A stretch of DNA of 64,000 bases from Octopus bimaculoides (GCF_001194135.2 NC_068989.1:59994476-60058475), one strand, 5' to 3'. Shown: positions 1 to 14,278, numbered from the stretch's first letter. The notes: generated by a model from the letters alone, not told the origin. A program made the numbers and translations.

Positions 1-149
1 ATATATCTACACAGACAAAATATTATGTGTATCTTATTAACAGGATTTAGTTTTTATTTGTATTCCTGTGTTTTCTGTGCATATGCACAAGCAACCGATG
101 TTCATTTTCCCGTAACCTACGACACTGGTATAAGTATATATAGGATCAG

Positions 150-640
150 TCTTTAAGATATGGTCCTAGCTATGCTATGAATGTGTTTTTGCCAGAAGAG
201 ATCCTCGATAATAGAGAAATCTTAGCATTGGAGAAACTGAGAGGGTTCCTACTTAGTACTACTTTACTTCAGGAGGTTGATGGTGTGCTAGTGTGTTCTT
301 AATATGAGCATGGATCAACTGAAAATGCTCCCAAGACCTCCGTTAATATAACCCATGCATGCTTGGTGTTTGCACATGGATGATAAGTGGCTGAGGAAAG
401 TTAGAGAGAAAGGGTCATAGCAACGTAAGTGTGGGCACTGTTGGATGTGCTAGCAAGTAGATCTTTGATGTATGGAAATAGGTCATTGATATATGGATGG
501 AAGAGAGTGAAAAGCAAAACCGAATCCTGGGGGGACACCAGAATTAACTGAGAAGGGAGCGCAAAGAGCTTCGGCAACATATTACGCCAAGAAGCAATTA
601 GGTAGGAAGCTACCAATCCAAGAGTTGAGAGATGGGCGAT
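150..640 (-). mobile_element. Decayed non-LTR retrotransposon RT fragment (CR1/Jockey-like)
   Basis: Minus strand reads (S)GVPQDSVLLFTLFHPYINDL, a degenerate RT motif of the GVPQGSVLGPxLFxxYINDL type. It is followed by a degraded YADD region; there are frameshifts and the boundaries are approximate. Confidence 0.6.
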
Positions 641-1240
641 GTCTGTAGTTTTGATAGGAAATTTGTGTACCAGACGTGGTCGAAAAAAATACCCACACAG
701 TGTTCATTACAGTATCTTCTCTGTGTTACTGTACGTCTCCATCTAATCATTCTATTATCTATATTTATATCTTCGTAGATAGCGATCTTTAGTCCTCTCA
801 CGAATCTGTTTCGTTATAATTACTCCTGGCTTTAATTATTTATTTCTCTCTCTCTCTTTTCTATCTCTCTTTCGTCCTTTCTCTTCAATTGTATACTATC
901 CTCCCCTGTTTTTACACTGAAGTTTCCTTTCTGTTCCTCAATATTCGATGAACTCTAATCAATGGATCTTGTTCAAAACGGGGGCACCAGTTTTCATTTA
1001 TGTTTTATGTAGTGTTTTTGGTACCGAAAGACTTTCAAACTTCGTATACTTATCTATTTTGTGTTATAGAACAGAAAAATTTTTTTGTATTTCATGTAAA
1101 AAATTGTCTTATTTCGATAATTTCAACCAATCACTGACAAGTATTCAGCTGTTTACAGTTACTCCTAAGCGGTGTAAAGCGTATTTAATCTCCATTACTT
1201 CTGACATTTTGCAGAGAGGCAACACACGTGTGTTCGTTTT

Positions 1241-1258
1241 CCCTAACCCTAACCCTAA
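1241..1258. repeat. (CCCTAA)3 interstitial telomere-like repeat
   Basis: ccctaaccctaaccctaa read directly. Confidence 0.9.
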
Positions 1259-2164
1259 TTGACTTGCTCCTTCCCTCAAAAACCAGGCCTTGTGCCTATA
1301 ATAGAAAGGTTTATTAGCTACTGCCAATATGCTTCAGCCATTTTTTGACAAGGAAATAATAATTTTATCACCGCCAGAATCGTTTGAGAATCGTTTGTTT
1401 ACGTAGTCAGCACTTAATTTTTACGGCTGAATGGACTTATATGGTAAGTTCGAGAGATGATCCATCAGGTATCACCTGGAGCTAAACAGCACCTGAAAAA
1501 ACACGAGACGTCGAGGGAACTTGTGCGTGATCGGTCATATTGCTAGAAACAGCAGCTAAACCTCTTGTAAGTCACGACACGCCGTCTTTAAAATGGAAAC
1601 AACTTGGATATAAAGATAAAGTATATTACATAAGAATTAGAAGACTATATGTGTAACTAAGTTTTGTGTTAATCTGAAATGAGAGTAAACTCTTAAAAAT
1701 CCAATTTTGATATATCTTAATACAAATGCTACTTTTATTTACATTTTGAATACCATTTTTTTTTCTGAAAACCTACAGCTCACTTTCCGCACTTCCCTCT
1801 CAGCACTTTTTATTCACTGCAAACGCCGTCTGTTCTTTTTCCTGTCTACATCTTTAAACTTAGATTCATATATTTGTTACTTCCGCCCGCCAATTGTTAC
1901 AGCAATTATAATTTTAAAGGAAGGAAGGAAATATTTGTTCACGTATAGCAAAGAATACAAATCAAAGTACTATTTCATTACTTTTATAACTTACGAGATT
2001 TTATATAAATGTTTCTTATAAGAGTTATTCAATGTTTTGAAGTTATTTCACTTTTATTTCCATCTTTCATCTGATTATTTATTTCATTATTTGTTTTTTC
2101 ATTCTCGTTCATATTTCATTATTTTACAAGCTTCAGCCTTTCTTTAAAAGTTAGGAAGTAGTCC

Positions 2165-2519
2165 CCCCCCACACAGGTACACGCACACATACGTTAACAT
2201 ATTTATATATATACACACACTCATATACATATACATACATACACACGCACAACTTACACACACACGTACACGCACACATACATTAACACACACACACATA
2301 TATATATATACACACACACACACACTCATAGACATATACACACACACACATATATATATACACACATACATATAAATTATTAAGGTGACTTATTCGCAAT
2401 TTACAGCCAGAAGGCACAAGTTTAGACGTCACAAAAGTGACAAAGGATACTAGTCAGCACCAGCATTGCTAGAAATAAGAGTCAGAACAACTCTTAACCA
2501 CGGGGAAGCATTATATATT

Positions 2520-2551
<32 letters not shown>

Positions 2552-2586
2552 TGTATATATATATATATATATATATATACATCCAC

Positions 2587-2625
<39 letters not shown>
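2165..2625. repeat. Compound (CA)n/(TA)n/(TATG)n microsatellites
   Basis: Read directly; these explain the low-complexity ORFs 2144-2371 and 2466-2774. Confidence 0.95.
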
Positions 2626-3023
2626 CATATTTGTTTTGCAAGATTTTTGATGTGAAATCGTGTGTTGAAACAGATGTTGTTGTACTTGGGTATGGTCATA
2701 TTGCCAGTTTAGCCAATAAAAACACAGGCACTGTATATTTGGTGTTAATTTGCTTCAGCTTTATATTACATTAATCTTAATCTTATTTCGGCCAGAGTTC
2801 TTTCGTCANNNNNNNNNNNNNNNNNNNNNNNNNNNNNNNNNNNNNNNNNNNNNNNNNNNNNNNNNNNNNNNNNNNNNNNNNNNNNNNNNNNNNNNNNNNN
2901 NNNNNNNNNNNNNNNNNNNNNNNNNNNNNNNNNNNNNNNNNNNNNNNNNNNNNNNNNNNNNNNNNNNNNNNNNNNNNNNNNNNNNNNNNNNNNNNNNNNN
3001 NNNNNNNNNNNNNNNNNNNNNNN

Positions 3024-3058
<35 letters not shown>

Positions 3059-3111
3059 ATATATGGAAAAAAGACAAAGTAGAAAATGCTAAAATACTTT
3101 TATAAAGAACA

Positions 3112-3153
3112 TTACAGAACCGGTTTCGATCCTTGAGATCTTTTCAACAGTAA
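3112..3153 (-). ncRNA. Minimal type-I hammerhead ribozyme motif, U3-A8 core variant
   Basis: Minus strand: UUACUG-UUGAAAA-GAUC(UCAAG)GAUC-GAA-ACCGGU-U-CUGUAA. Helix I is 5/6 paired, helix II has 4 bp, and helix III is the palindrome ACCGGU. Confidence 0.6.
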
Positions 3154-3640
3154 ATATGAATAATAGATTTTTGAAAAATTATTGAAAAATTAAATTTTGG
3201 TAAATTTAAAAGAAATATCTTTTTAAAGACATATTTGTATAGTATTCAAGTAACAGCGGCATTTTTCTTGTTTCTGCCTGTCTCTGTCTCACTTGTTAAC
3301 TCTTGTGGGTTCGAAGAAGGAGTCCTATGATAGCAGCAGTGTTAATTGGTTGGGTGTCCTGACATTGACCTGTTGATGGTCGTAGTGATCTGTATTGTTT
3401 ATAATGTTTGCGTGGGTGGTATTCTAGACAACAGTAGTAGTACTAAAGTAAGGGAGGAGGTGGTGGAAAGGAAGAATAAGATGACGGAGAAGTTGAGGGA
3501 TGGGGAGAAGGAGAGAAATAGTAATAATAGAATGCAGGATGGAGTGATAGTAACTAGTAGAGTGAGTAGTGATTGGGGTTGTTTTTTTAATATTTTTAAA
3601 TTTTTTTATAATTCCTTGCGTATCTATTTGGAGTTTATCA

Positions 3641-4264
3641 TCTATATCTATACTATATATAAAACAGAGATGTGTGTGTAATCGCTTATCACGTGAAAAC
3701 GGCTTCACTATTTACTTCCATACTTGTGATGCATGAATAATTTGACCTCGGATAAATCTTAGGCTCTTCATTTGATTTTTTTAATTAAAAATAAATAATA
3801 TTGCTTTATATTTATGATTCACTTCTTTAAAAAGGTTCCTCAATGTCAACTTCCGGTATTGACGTAACAACGGCTTACATACTTTTATTTCAATTACTCT
3901 TGTGAGGATATTCACGTAAATCATTTCTTTCATTTAATCCCCATTTTAATTTTCGTAAAAGTTTCCAAGTACCATCATCATCATCATCATCATCATCATC
4001 GTTTAACGTCCGCTTTCCATGCTAGCATGGGTTGGACGATTTGACTGAGAACTGGTTAAACCGGATGGCAACACCAGGCTCCAATCTAATTTGGCAGAGT
4101 TTCTACAGCTGGATGCCCTTCCTAACGCCAACCACTCAGAGAGTGTAGTGGGTGCTTTTACGTGTCACCCGCACGAGGGCCAGTCAGGCGGTACTGGCAA
4201 CGGCCACGCTCAAAATGGTGTCTTTTATGTGCCACTCCCGAGCAACGCCGGGTGCCTCTGCTAG
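3641..4264 (+). mobile_element. Non-autonomous Helitron-like element
   Basis: A|TCTATATCTATACTATATATAAAA 5' end; 3' hairpin CCCG-AGCAACGC-CGGG (4237-4252) then CTAG|T. The same 3' motif recurs at 36727-36753. Confidence 0.65.
3973..4235 (-). mobile_element. Retroposon 3' end with (ATG)n tail (RTE-related tail), nested in the Helitron-like element
   Basis: (CAT)n followed by GTTTAACGTCCGCTTTCCATGCTAGCATGGG...GGATGCCCTTCCTAACGCCAACC, a tail motif I recall from RTE-associated retroposons; no clear TSD. Confidence 0.6.
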
Positions 4265-4853
4265 TTTTTAATATTTGTGTGTGAGTTTTATTCTAAGGTC
4301 GTGGTGGATATGTCATTCGTTGTAGATGCGTTCAGAAGGGGTCTGTATTTTGTGATGAAGAGAGATTCTTTACTTATTCTTTAGCTTATACAACCTACAT
4401 ATATATATATATAGAAAATCAACTAAGTCCCATTGTATTTTTCACGTTTGTTTCTTTGCTTCATTTTAATTGCTCAAATGTCTGTCCTGATATCTTGGAA
4501 ATTACTGAATATAAAAAGCATTTTAATAATGATTACCAAACAAAAGAGGAACAATTTTTTTTTTCCAAAATTTTACTTTATTTTTACTAAGTGATTTTGA
4601 TAAGTTGGCCAAGCTCTATTTCACATGTCATATCAGGAAGAACTCTAGGGAAAAGAAAATCACTTAAAAACATTAGAAATACATGATAATAAGAAAACAT
4701 GCTCCCGATATTTTCATTCGTTAACACTTTGTTGAAAATAGAGGCCTATATATCTTTCGTCTACGTAACAGTGAAAGGGATTTGTCTATCGAACGTATTT
4801 TTATCTGTTATGTTAAACTTATTTAACTTCTAGGCACTAACATTCAATTGTAA

Positions 4854-5729
4854 TGTTCGGGCTAAATTTGGCTGTTTGCATAAAAGGAAAAAAACCCTAA
4901 AAAAAAAAGCAATATCCCATCCAAAATAAAGTAGTTTAACCCCTGCCGCAAATATCAACTATTACCAGGAGATAATAATTTACTCAAAGTAGCCGTGCTC
5001 GACTTCCACTACGGCATCAAGACAACTCTGGAACCTGGCGCATGCGTTCCTCACTGTGTCTCTGGGAAGCTCTTCAAGCACCTTGATCTTGGCTATCGGC
5101 TCAGCCTTGGTGTTTCAGGCAGAGTGGTTGATGTCTTTCTCAACTGTACTCCACATATAGCAATCCATAGTATTACAATCGGGACAATTAGGAGGACAGA
5201 AATTATGCTGGTGAAGTCATGGAAATTCTCCGACAGCCACTTCCGACTCTTTCCGGAGATATGGAAAGGAGCCGAATCCTGCTGCCACACACGTGGCCTT
5301 CCACAGCAACCCTCTCTAGCCAGAGATTGACCACAGTCTCCAGCAGCCGTCTAAATTGAGCCTAAGTCCCTGCTCAAAGATGTAGGGATGAATATCAGCG
5401 TACGCCTGCAGTGCCCCTTCCTGCTAGCCATAGCTTCGTAGGCTCCATTGCAACTGTCCATGTCACATCTTACAGGCTTTATATTGCTCTCAGGGCATTC
5501 AACAGCAGTCACGATATCGGCATCTTGATAGCCGGTGTGAATCATGATGATGCAGGTAACGCTTTTCCAACATTCAGATGGCTTCTAATCCTCCATATCA
5601 GCTAACTTTTTCTCGAATACATCTTTAATCTTTTTGCTCTCTAACGCCATTGACAGTTCACCAATGTATCAATCTGTTCCTGAATAAAAGAGACATAAAA
5701 ATCGTCGAATTTAGCCCGAACAACCTGTA
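4854..5729 (-). mobile_element. Internally deleted Tc1/mariner element, maT (DD37D)-like
   Basis: Inverted repeats TGTTCGGGCTAAATT (4854-4868) and AATTTAGCCCGAACA (5708-5722) followed by ACCTG|TA. Minus-strand WQQDSAPFHISGKSRKWLSENF matches the second catalytic D region; the frame is disrupted. Confidence 0.8.
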
Positions 5730-7309
5730 TATAACATCTTACTACAGAAATTATATTTTATTCTTTTAGACTTGGAAGTATAAACCCTTTTGTCGATAGG
5801 ATCTGCATAGCAGATATTACATCAAAAGCAAGGAAACATATATACGTGTGCCGGAAATATTTCACAAATCTATTACATAAAAATTAGAGTAGTGTTATGA
5901 GATTTGTTAAAAACACTTATTTTTCGTTTAGAATATCTAAATAAAGAAAAAATTGGCAAATATTCATTTGGAAATAGACTTCCTTGAAACACATCCGAAT
6001 CTTTACAGAAACAATAATGAAAACCGGAAACGAAGATTTTAAAGATATTACCTATTTATATAAGTTGTCTCTTATGAAAACGTGCCTCGTTTTAGATTCA
6101 TCGTATCAGTTCTGAGCAACTAGTAAATAAACTGAATAACTTAAAACTATTATCTAGACATAAATATTATTTTCTCAGGCACTGTTTTTTTCCATGAATA
6201 TTCTCGTCTTTATTTAATAGACATCCAATAATAGCTAGACTAAGTCATCTGTCACGTTTTCATTTGTGTGTGTGTATGTGTCGTGCTGTTCCGAATACTG
6301 TCACTTTTCTTTTTCCGGACCTAACAACGAATAAAAATATATTAGTAGTTATAAAATAATGGGTAAATCTGTGTGACGTGAAATCAAACATTCACTTATA
6401 ACTTTCAAACTGATTAAGAAATGTTCAATCAAGTTGTCAGTCGATGTCTGTAAGCCCTGAAATCTCACATCAATCTTCCAGTTATTTGGGTTCCTGAATA
6501 TGAAAGATGTCTTTCTCTTTCTTCCTCTTCTTGACTGCTATGACAGCACTGTGGAACATTTTCATTGTTCAAACCACAATGTTAGTGACGAGATACAAAT
6601 TTACAAGACTCTTTAATTACTCTCCAGTTACGATACGAACTTAGAGGACACTTTCTCATCGTCAATTGGAAGTGCTTGTTCAAAGTAATTAATTTGCAAT
6701 AAGGATCTAGTTTATTAAATACAGAGTACGTTCGGTAATTTACAGATTTGTTTTACTTCCTTCAATCATCTGAACAATTTCCCCGTCTCCTGCTACAGGT
6801 CTAAAGCACCATTTATTGCTCCTTTTTATGGTTGGAACTAAAACATTCTCTAAAACTTATTTTATTTCACATCGTTATGAAAGAAACCAAATTAGTTGTA
6901 TTTCAATTCACTGTTTCTCATGAGATACGTTATAGACACTTAATAAATCAATATTGTATTTGGCAGCTTCCACATTCGAAGTCTTCATATGAATGGTCAA
7001 CTCAGAACCAAAACAAACCAAATAATAATTCCAAATGATGTTACTATGCCTGTAAAATGGTGTCAAGAACATTTACAAGAGTCTATTATGAGGTTCATCC
7101 TTGATTTTCATATTTGGTATTTTCTGGAAACATTTCTGGCAACGCTTTCAGTCTTACGAGATCTAGTTTTTTTTTTTGTTTTTTTGGTAATATTTTAAGT
7201 TAATGAAATAATCCGTTTGAATTTTAAAAGTTTATCGATTTATAAATATTTTTTATTCTACGCACCTTGTTAAACAAATCTTGGTGCTATGCATTAATTT
7301 AAACATATC

Positions 7310-7625
7310 TTGATCGGATTTAGTCGCACTGCGGGGCACTTTTGGCAGGTGTCTTCCACTATAGCATCGGACTAATTAAAACCTTGTGAGTGGACTTGGT
7401 AGACGGAAACTGAAAGAAGCCCGTTGTGTGTGTGGGTGAGTGTGTATATCTATATGGTGGTGGCGCATGTGTTTGTTCCCTCACTGCTTGTCAACCGGTG
7501 TTGATGTGTTTATGTCCCCGTAACTTAGCAGTTCGGCAAACGCGATCGATAGAATAAAACGTACTGGGGTTTAGTCATTCGACTAGATGGCTACAGAGTA
7601 ATGACTGAAACAAGTAAAAGATAAG
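7310..7625 (+). mobile_element. Degenerate copy of tRNA-derived CORE-like SINE (family A)
   Basis: GGGGCACTTTTGGCAGGTGTCTTCCACTATAGC...GTGAGTGGACTTGGTAGACGGAAACTGAAAGAAGCCCG matches the copies at 14338, 26670, 28311 and 48590. Confidence 0.8.
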
Positions 7626-8056
7626 AGATAATATAAAAACAGAGAGAGAAATTTGGTTTCGGGATTATACAACAGAATTTCTCATTTAGTCATATTTCTT
7701 AAAGGAGAAGTGAAATAAGACTAAGATGTTCATGCTTTCATCTAGGAAATGTTATCCAAAAGAAGTGAGAAGAATATAACAAAAACTGAAATCCGTTTGT
7801 AGATTTGACGTATACCTCCAATCAGCATGTGCAGTACCTAGTTTTCACAAGTGATTCTCCGTTTGGATACTCAGCAAACTCTATGTAATTGTGATTCTTA
7901 TAAAAGTAGGGGAGGGGTTAAAAATGACTGTTAATTGGGTGAAATGTTACCACTAAATAATTGTGTCAATAACTCTATTTTCAAGTACTACTTTGTAAAT
8001 TTGTAATGCTTATATCGCTTTATATATTTTTAACACACACACACACGCGCACACAA

Positions 8057-8089
<33 letters not shown>

Positions 8090-8178
8090 NNNNNNNNNNN
8101 NNNNNNNNNNNNNNNNNNNNNNNNNNNNNNNNNNNNNNNNNNNNNNNNNNNNNNNNNNNNNNNNNNNNNNNNNNNNNN

Positions 8179-8227
<49 letters not shown>

Positions 8228-10499
8228 ATTTAGAAAAGTGGAAATATGTGGCATTAGCAGTGAAAGAAATATAAACTATTTCAATAAGCAATCCAAGAAG
8301 AGTCGACAGACATATTTTATCATGAATGTTGTACCTTCTTTATATAGTTACCCGTATCATAGATAAAATTACTTGACAACCAGACTAGGCACAAGTCACT
8401 ATATTTTAGGAGCAAAGAAAATGAGATTTCGGCTTTTCCCAAGAGTGCTAGGAGTACAAGAGAAGTAAACATGGCAGTGAAAAATTATAACCTTGTCGAA
8501 GTCTATATTCTCTAAGATCTTACTTCTTTCTTTATGTTATTCGTAACTATCGAATATAAAATATTGCCACACAATAATATCCAATTATTATTGTATTGGA
8601 TTAATGCTAATGCACTGTTTAAAAGTAAGCATTTTGTTTCAATTTAAACAATACCGAAATGAAACAATCAAATTGAATACATTAAAGAATACAATTTTAA
8701 AAAATCGCATATAAAAGATTTCTAATGAAATCTTATTTAATTAATGTTGAATTAATTTTTGATTTAGATTAAAAAGTATTGAGAAAAATCAATAATTCAA
8801 ACTGAACCCAAATAACTTTTTTCTTTATTAACATTTATTAAAAACGCACTAAAACATGAAGTGAATTTAGTTCAGGCTGGTTTTTTTAATATCTAAATGG
8901 TTTTGTTTGATCTTTATCGATTACCTTATTAAAAGCTCTTGCTGATCGCCTTCGATCAAATTTATTATCCTTCGAGATAGATTTTACTGCTGTTGTTTTT
9001 CGTTTTTCTTTTTCATTGAAGAAATCTAAGGACCATAAAATGTGTTATGAAAATTGAGATTATAATGTTTGTGTCACATTCATTAAAATTAGACATTCTT
9101 TTTAAACTGAAGAAATATGGAAAGTGAAACGAATTATTCCGTTAATTTCAAAGATTAGAAAAGAGATCTAGGTAACCTGAAAGCGTTACCAGAAATATTC
9201 CCAGAAAGTAAGAAAGATGAACATCTATAAGATTAAAGTTCTATTTGCGCCGTGTACATTAATATCAGAACGGTAAGTGTTGCAACTGGTTCAATCGATA
9301 TGGACTGTGGCTTACTACGTAAAATATTAGGGTTTAAATCAGTATTCACTACAGCGTTTTCTTTTGTCAAACACAGATGTTTTCCGTTAGTTTGTCGACC
9401 TAAACAGGTAACATGAATAAAACTCACTGCTATAAACGTTGAGGAACTTATTAATAAATGTAAGTTTCATTTAGTTATCGAATGGAGTTGAAATCTTCCA
9501 ATGAGACGAGTTTATGTTAGAAGTGTTGATACAGAGGGCTAGTTTACTTCATTCACCTCCATGTTACTATAACCCTGCATCAATCAGAAAACGCAGGAAT
9601 TACTGAAACTGAAGGCATAACAGAAAATGAAAGAATAATGAACAAACCATTATTTAGGTTAAAAGAGTCAATACAATATCGATTTATTTATACGAAACAC
9701 AAGAATTTGTTTTCAAGAGAGTGTATTTTGTCAAATAAACAGACCTAACAACATAACTAGCACTTAAGCCAACGGCTCTTATAACATTGTCAAAAAAGCA
9801 CCAATATTTATAAATCTAGGTCTAGAACGTTCAACACAAACCCTGATATAATTATCAATTAAAATCACTTTACAAAATCTTCATTGTGTTTTCTTTTGTT
9901 CTTCCTATTTCCCGAAGTCCAATATTTGCAATAATTAATTTTTAATTTTAAGGATGGGGATTATATGTCAGATTATAATTAGTTCTGCTTTTGAAAGAGA
10001 ATATTAATTTTTGCCAAATCCTATGCGTGAAGAAGCAACATGTAATTTCAAAATGTAATTGTGACTAACAATGAAAGATAATCTTTTCAAACAATTTAAC
10101 TTATTAAAAAACAAAAACAAAAACAATTGCAGATTTTGATTGACAAGGGGAAAGTCTTGTTGTTTATTTGTTGGTATTTAAACATCTTCTGAATTAATAC
10201 AAAGGCCTCATAATCTTAAGACAGGAGGATATTGGAAGTTTTGATGTTCATCTCTTTCCAAAGACATTTACGACATATCGAAACCAGAATAGTTTGCAAT
10301 GAAGAATAGAAACAAATTCGCAGATTCAGCTTACCAACAGCTTATATATTTTATGGTTTTTACATTAAACATGTGAACTTCCTCATCCGTTACACGCTGA
10401 AGGGATTAAGGGATTTATCAAAATCTTTGCTGTGTATGTTCTTAGTGTATTACTCACCAGAGTTCGCTGTGCTTTTCTTACTTTGGGATAGATAAAATA

Positions 10500-11150
10500 A
10501 GCGGAAGGAATTCATTGAACGCTGTCGGTTTTGGTTTATCTATTATTCAGAAAAGAGAACAGGCAGCAATAAACTTCGTAGGTGCTGGTAGAATAATGAG
10601 ATTGGCTACGTCGATGTTTACTTCGAATTTCTATAGACTGGTGCATGCAGGAAGGAACTTGGGCGCGGAGAAAGTAACAGTGGAAGACGTGGAACTGGGG
10701 AAGAAATGATTAGGCAATATTTAGTGCGGAATATGGCGTATGATGAAGTGGTTGGATGGAGGGAGCAATGTTGTTTGATGGGTCAGAAGACATAAAAATG
10801 GTAGTAATAAATCATCTATGAACAAGTAGCTGTAATATGGTGGTGAGTGAATCTTATCCAGTTAGCTAACTGGATGAGGTCTATAATGTATATATATCTC
10901 AGAAATCACTGTAGATGATATGTGTGCAATACTTCAATATTGCGGGTATTTGAGCCTTGCAGAGGGTTGCAATCTGATTAAAGTCGAAGTTTTTATAATC
11001 TCTGAATTTTAAATTTTGTAAGGAATATGGATTTGACAACGTTATATGTGAGTTCGCCATGAGATAGCTTGAGGTTTATCATGTAAGACGATTTTAAGGA
11101 TTTAGTTGTTTTTGTATACAGAGGGGCTATAATGCAGAAGGTTTTCATTC
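10500..11150 (-). mobile_element. Decayed LINE RT C-terminal (thumb) fragment
   Basis: Minus strand LCKAQIPAILKYCTHI...LDKIH resembles the LYKAxIRPxLEYCSxIW...LDxIQ motif of CR1/Jockey-group RTs; many stops. Confidence 0.5.
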
Positions 11151-12667
11151 ATACGTGTAGCAAATGTATCTTTGTACTGTCGAAGGAGACTGAATTTTAA
11201 CACCCGTTTTAAGAATTTTACAGTTCTCTGCTCATGAAAGAAGTACGTGTGATACATGAGTTCACACTGTGAAGGGGAAATATAAGATTAAATGTCGAAA
11301 TATTTTCCCAATAACATGGCTACAAATGTATAGAAATATATATTGAAATTACATTCCTTGAGTAGGCGCAAATATTTTGTATTTTAGAGGCCGGCAGGAT
11401 TAATATACTGCGACGTTCATAGTACCTGTATTTTATAGGTTTACAATATTTTTGTTACTTTACCAAATTGACGACAGCTGTCTTAGTTTTGAAAATATAA
11501 TATAATAAACAAAAAAAATATCTAGGGAGTGTTCTTTGATGAGAAGGTTTTAAACTACGCAGTACTAATTTAAATATCTTTTTAATTATTTTTAAAACTA
11601 ATATTGTTGAATGTTTGACTCAATGTTATTTACCTGATGCAAATGTGATAGTGTTGATTGCTTAAACTTTCGACGCCAGAGATATCCTTTAATATGTTAA
11701 TCAAGCTTGATGGCGTCTGGTAGAATGGAAGTGGAAATTATCGAGCAAATATCTCTCCCAAGAGAATAAGTGATTGAAGTGAAGTGAAATTGTTGCAAAC
11801 TAAATCGAAATTAACTGTTTGGTTTGGATCACCGGGATTTTACATTATTGAACACTCAATGTTTTATTATGAGCCATAGTAATTATGTAAATTAACATGA
11901 TACAAAATCAATTTTATGTAAAAAAAAAAAGGATTTCTGGACATACTCTCAAACAATAATGTGTTTATGACTCAAGGCCATAACATATGTGTCTAGCAAA
12001 CAAAGGATGATAGTTCCGACAAAGCTGGATCTCAATAGTTTCTCAGTGAGACTATATACCCATAATTATTGCGAGTACGACTACTGGTGAGATACATTTA
12101 GCAATCACTGCTCGAGAAAAATTACGCTATGTGAAGAAAATGAATAAATTATTTCTATATTAGAGAGTCGTCCTGATCTTGCTTTATTTTAGAACGAGGC
12201 CAGATATAAATACAGGCATACCTCGGTTTAAGTCGTTTCGATTTAAGTCGTTCTCGATTATACGTCAGTTTTTAAAAATAATATATGGAAAAATAAAAAT
12301 CAAGTTAAATCATTTTACTCGATTTTACGTCTGTCCGCCACAAATCGTAAAATTACTAGAAAACTGCTAAAAGCACAAAATTATGTTACTGAACAACAAA
12401 AAAGAATAAAAGCATGTAAAATTATTTTAAAATGCGTCAGTAAATGTTAGGATGCACACCATAAAGTAGTGTAGCTTAGTGAACGAAATCAGGAAATCAG
12501 CTGTGTTGTCTTATTGATCGGTCTTTCGGAGCTCATATTCCAATATCTACCGTTAGGCGTCGTTGTCACTCGTGATTCCCGTGATTGTTTTGAATTCAGA
12601 TTCGTTTACCTCTGTTTATCGGCTACTTTCTCATTCTCATTCATTTGTGACTTTATTCTTTGCCCCC

Positions 12668-14278
12668 ATGGCTCCTAAGAAAATTCATAGTGAAAGTGCT
12701 AAGCGTCATGCTATTATGCTATGATAAAACGCCATGAAAAAGGTGAAAAAGTGGTAGCAATTGCACGATCTTTTGCGATCAGGCAGACAACTGTATCCAT
12801 GATTGTACATAATAAGGACAAGATTTTAGCACATATCAAATATGAAGCCCCAGGGATGAAGAATACTGTCATCAATACGAAAAGAAGCAAAATCTTTGAA
12901 GAAATGGAAAGTATTTTTTCTCTTTGAATTGTTAGGTTGAATCGTCAGCGTGCTACTATTAGTCAAGCAATCATTCAATAGAAAGCGTTGTCTTTGTTTG
13001 AGGACCTGAAGAAAAAATATCCAGATGAGAAAGATGTAGAATTCAAGGAGGCAAGTCAAGGATGGTTCATGAGATTTAAGGAGTGAAGAAGTTATCACGC
13101 CATTAAGAAACAAGGTGGAAGTGTATCAACTGACGAACAAGCAGCAGCGGAATTTCCTAATGCATTAAAGAAAATGGGTTTCTTCCCGAACAGATTTTTA
13201 ACTGGATTGTATTGGAAAAAATTACCAGACCGTTCATTCATTTCCAAGGAGAAGAAAACTATTCCACGTTACAAGGTCTCAAAAGAACGGAGGTAATTGT
13301 GCAGAGGATTTTAAGTTAAAGCCATTGCTTGTGTATCATGCACACAACCTCCGTGTCCTGAAAAAACATACCCAAGTCATCTCTTCTTGTCATATTGATG
13401 GCTAATTCAAAAGCATGGGTTACTGTTGTTGCTTTTAAAGATTGGTTCTTCAATCATTTTATCCCAGCAGCAGAGAAGTACTGTAAGGAGAAGGCAATTC
13501 CTTTTAAGGTTTTACTTATCTTAGATAATGCTCCTGGCCCACCCGCAAAACATCGTGGATTTTGACCTTATATCTCCCCCCGAACACCACGTCTCTTCTG
13601 CAGCCAATGGATCAGGGAATAATTGCTATCTTCAAGCGTTACTATATGAAGCGTACGCTGCGGCAAGCAAGAAATGCAACAGATCTTGATGAGTCCATCA
13701 CACTTCGTGACTGTTGGAAGAAATACGATGTCAACAAGGCTGTGCAGAACATAGCGGTGGCATGGAATGATGTACAGAGAACGGCTATGAATGGTGTATG
13801 GAAGAAGCTATGCCCACAATTCATGAATGATTTTAAGGGGTTTGATAATGTTGCCATCAACAAAACATTGGTGACAACGAGCAAAGAACTAGAAATGGAT
13901 TTGGAAGTGGGGGATTTCACAGATTTATTTGAAAAATACAAGCAGCCCATAACGAACGAGTATTTTATAGAGTTTCATGTGCAGCAAAATAAAGAAGTCG
14001 AACCTGAGCCACGTCAGTTTACCATTAAGAAAATGCAGCAAGCATTTGCATATATCGAAAAAGGTCTTTCTATGTTCGAAGATATGGATCCAAATGCTCA
14101 ACGCTTTTCTAAGATTGTGGGGGCTTGTCATGAAGCTTTTACTCCTTATAATGTAATCCTTGAGGAAAAGAAAACAGTTCAAGGAACTCTGAACCGGTTT
14201 TTTAAGCGCATCGAACGAGAACAGCCGGAGTCAGCTGTTGATGTTGACGATCCACAGCCATCTCCATCCGCGATGTAA
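12668..14278 (+). pseudogene. Tigger-type transposase pseudogene (HTH-psq/CENP-B HTH/DDE_1)
   Basis: MAPKK start; KRHEKGEKVVAIARSF; FKEASQGWFMRFK; LLILDNAPG; YLPPNTTSLLQPMDQGIIAIFKRYY; several stops and frameshifts. Confidence 0.92.

Noticed and set aside
1241-1258. Telomere
   Set aside because: Only three units, and they are internal to the window.
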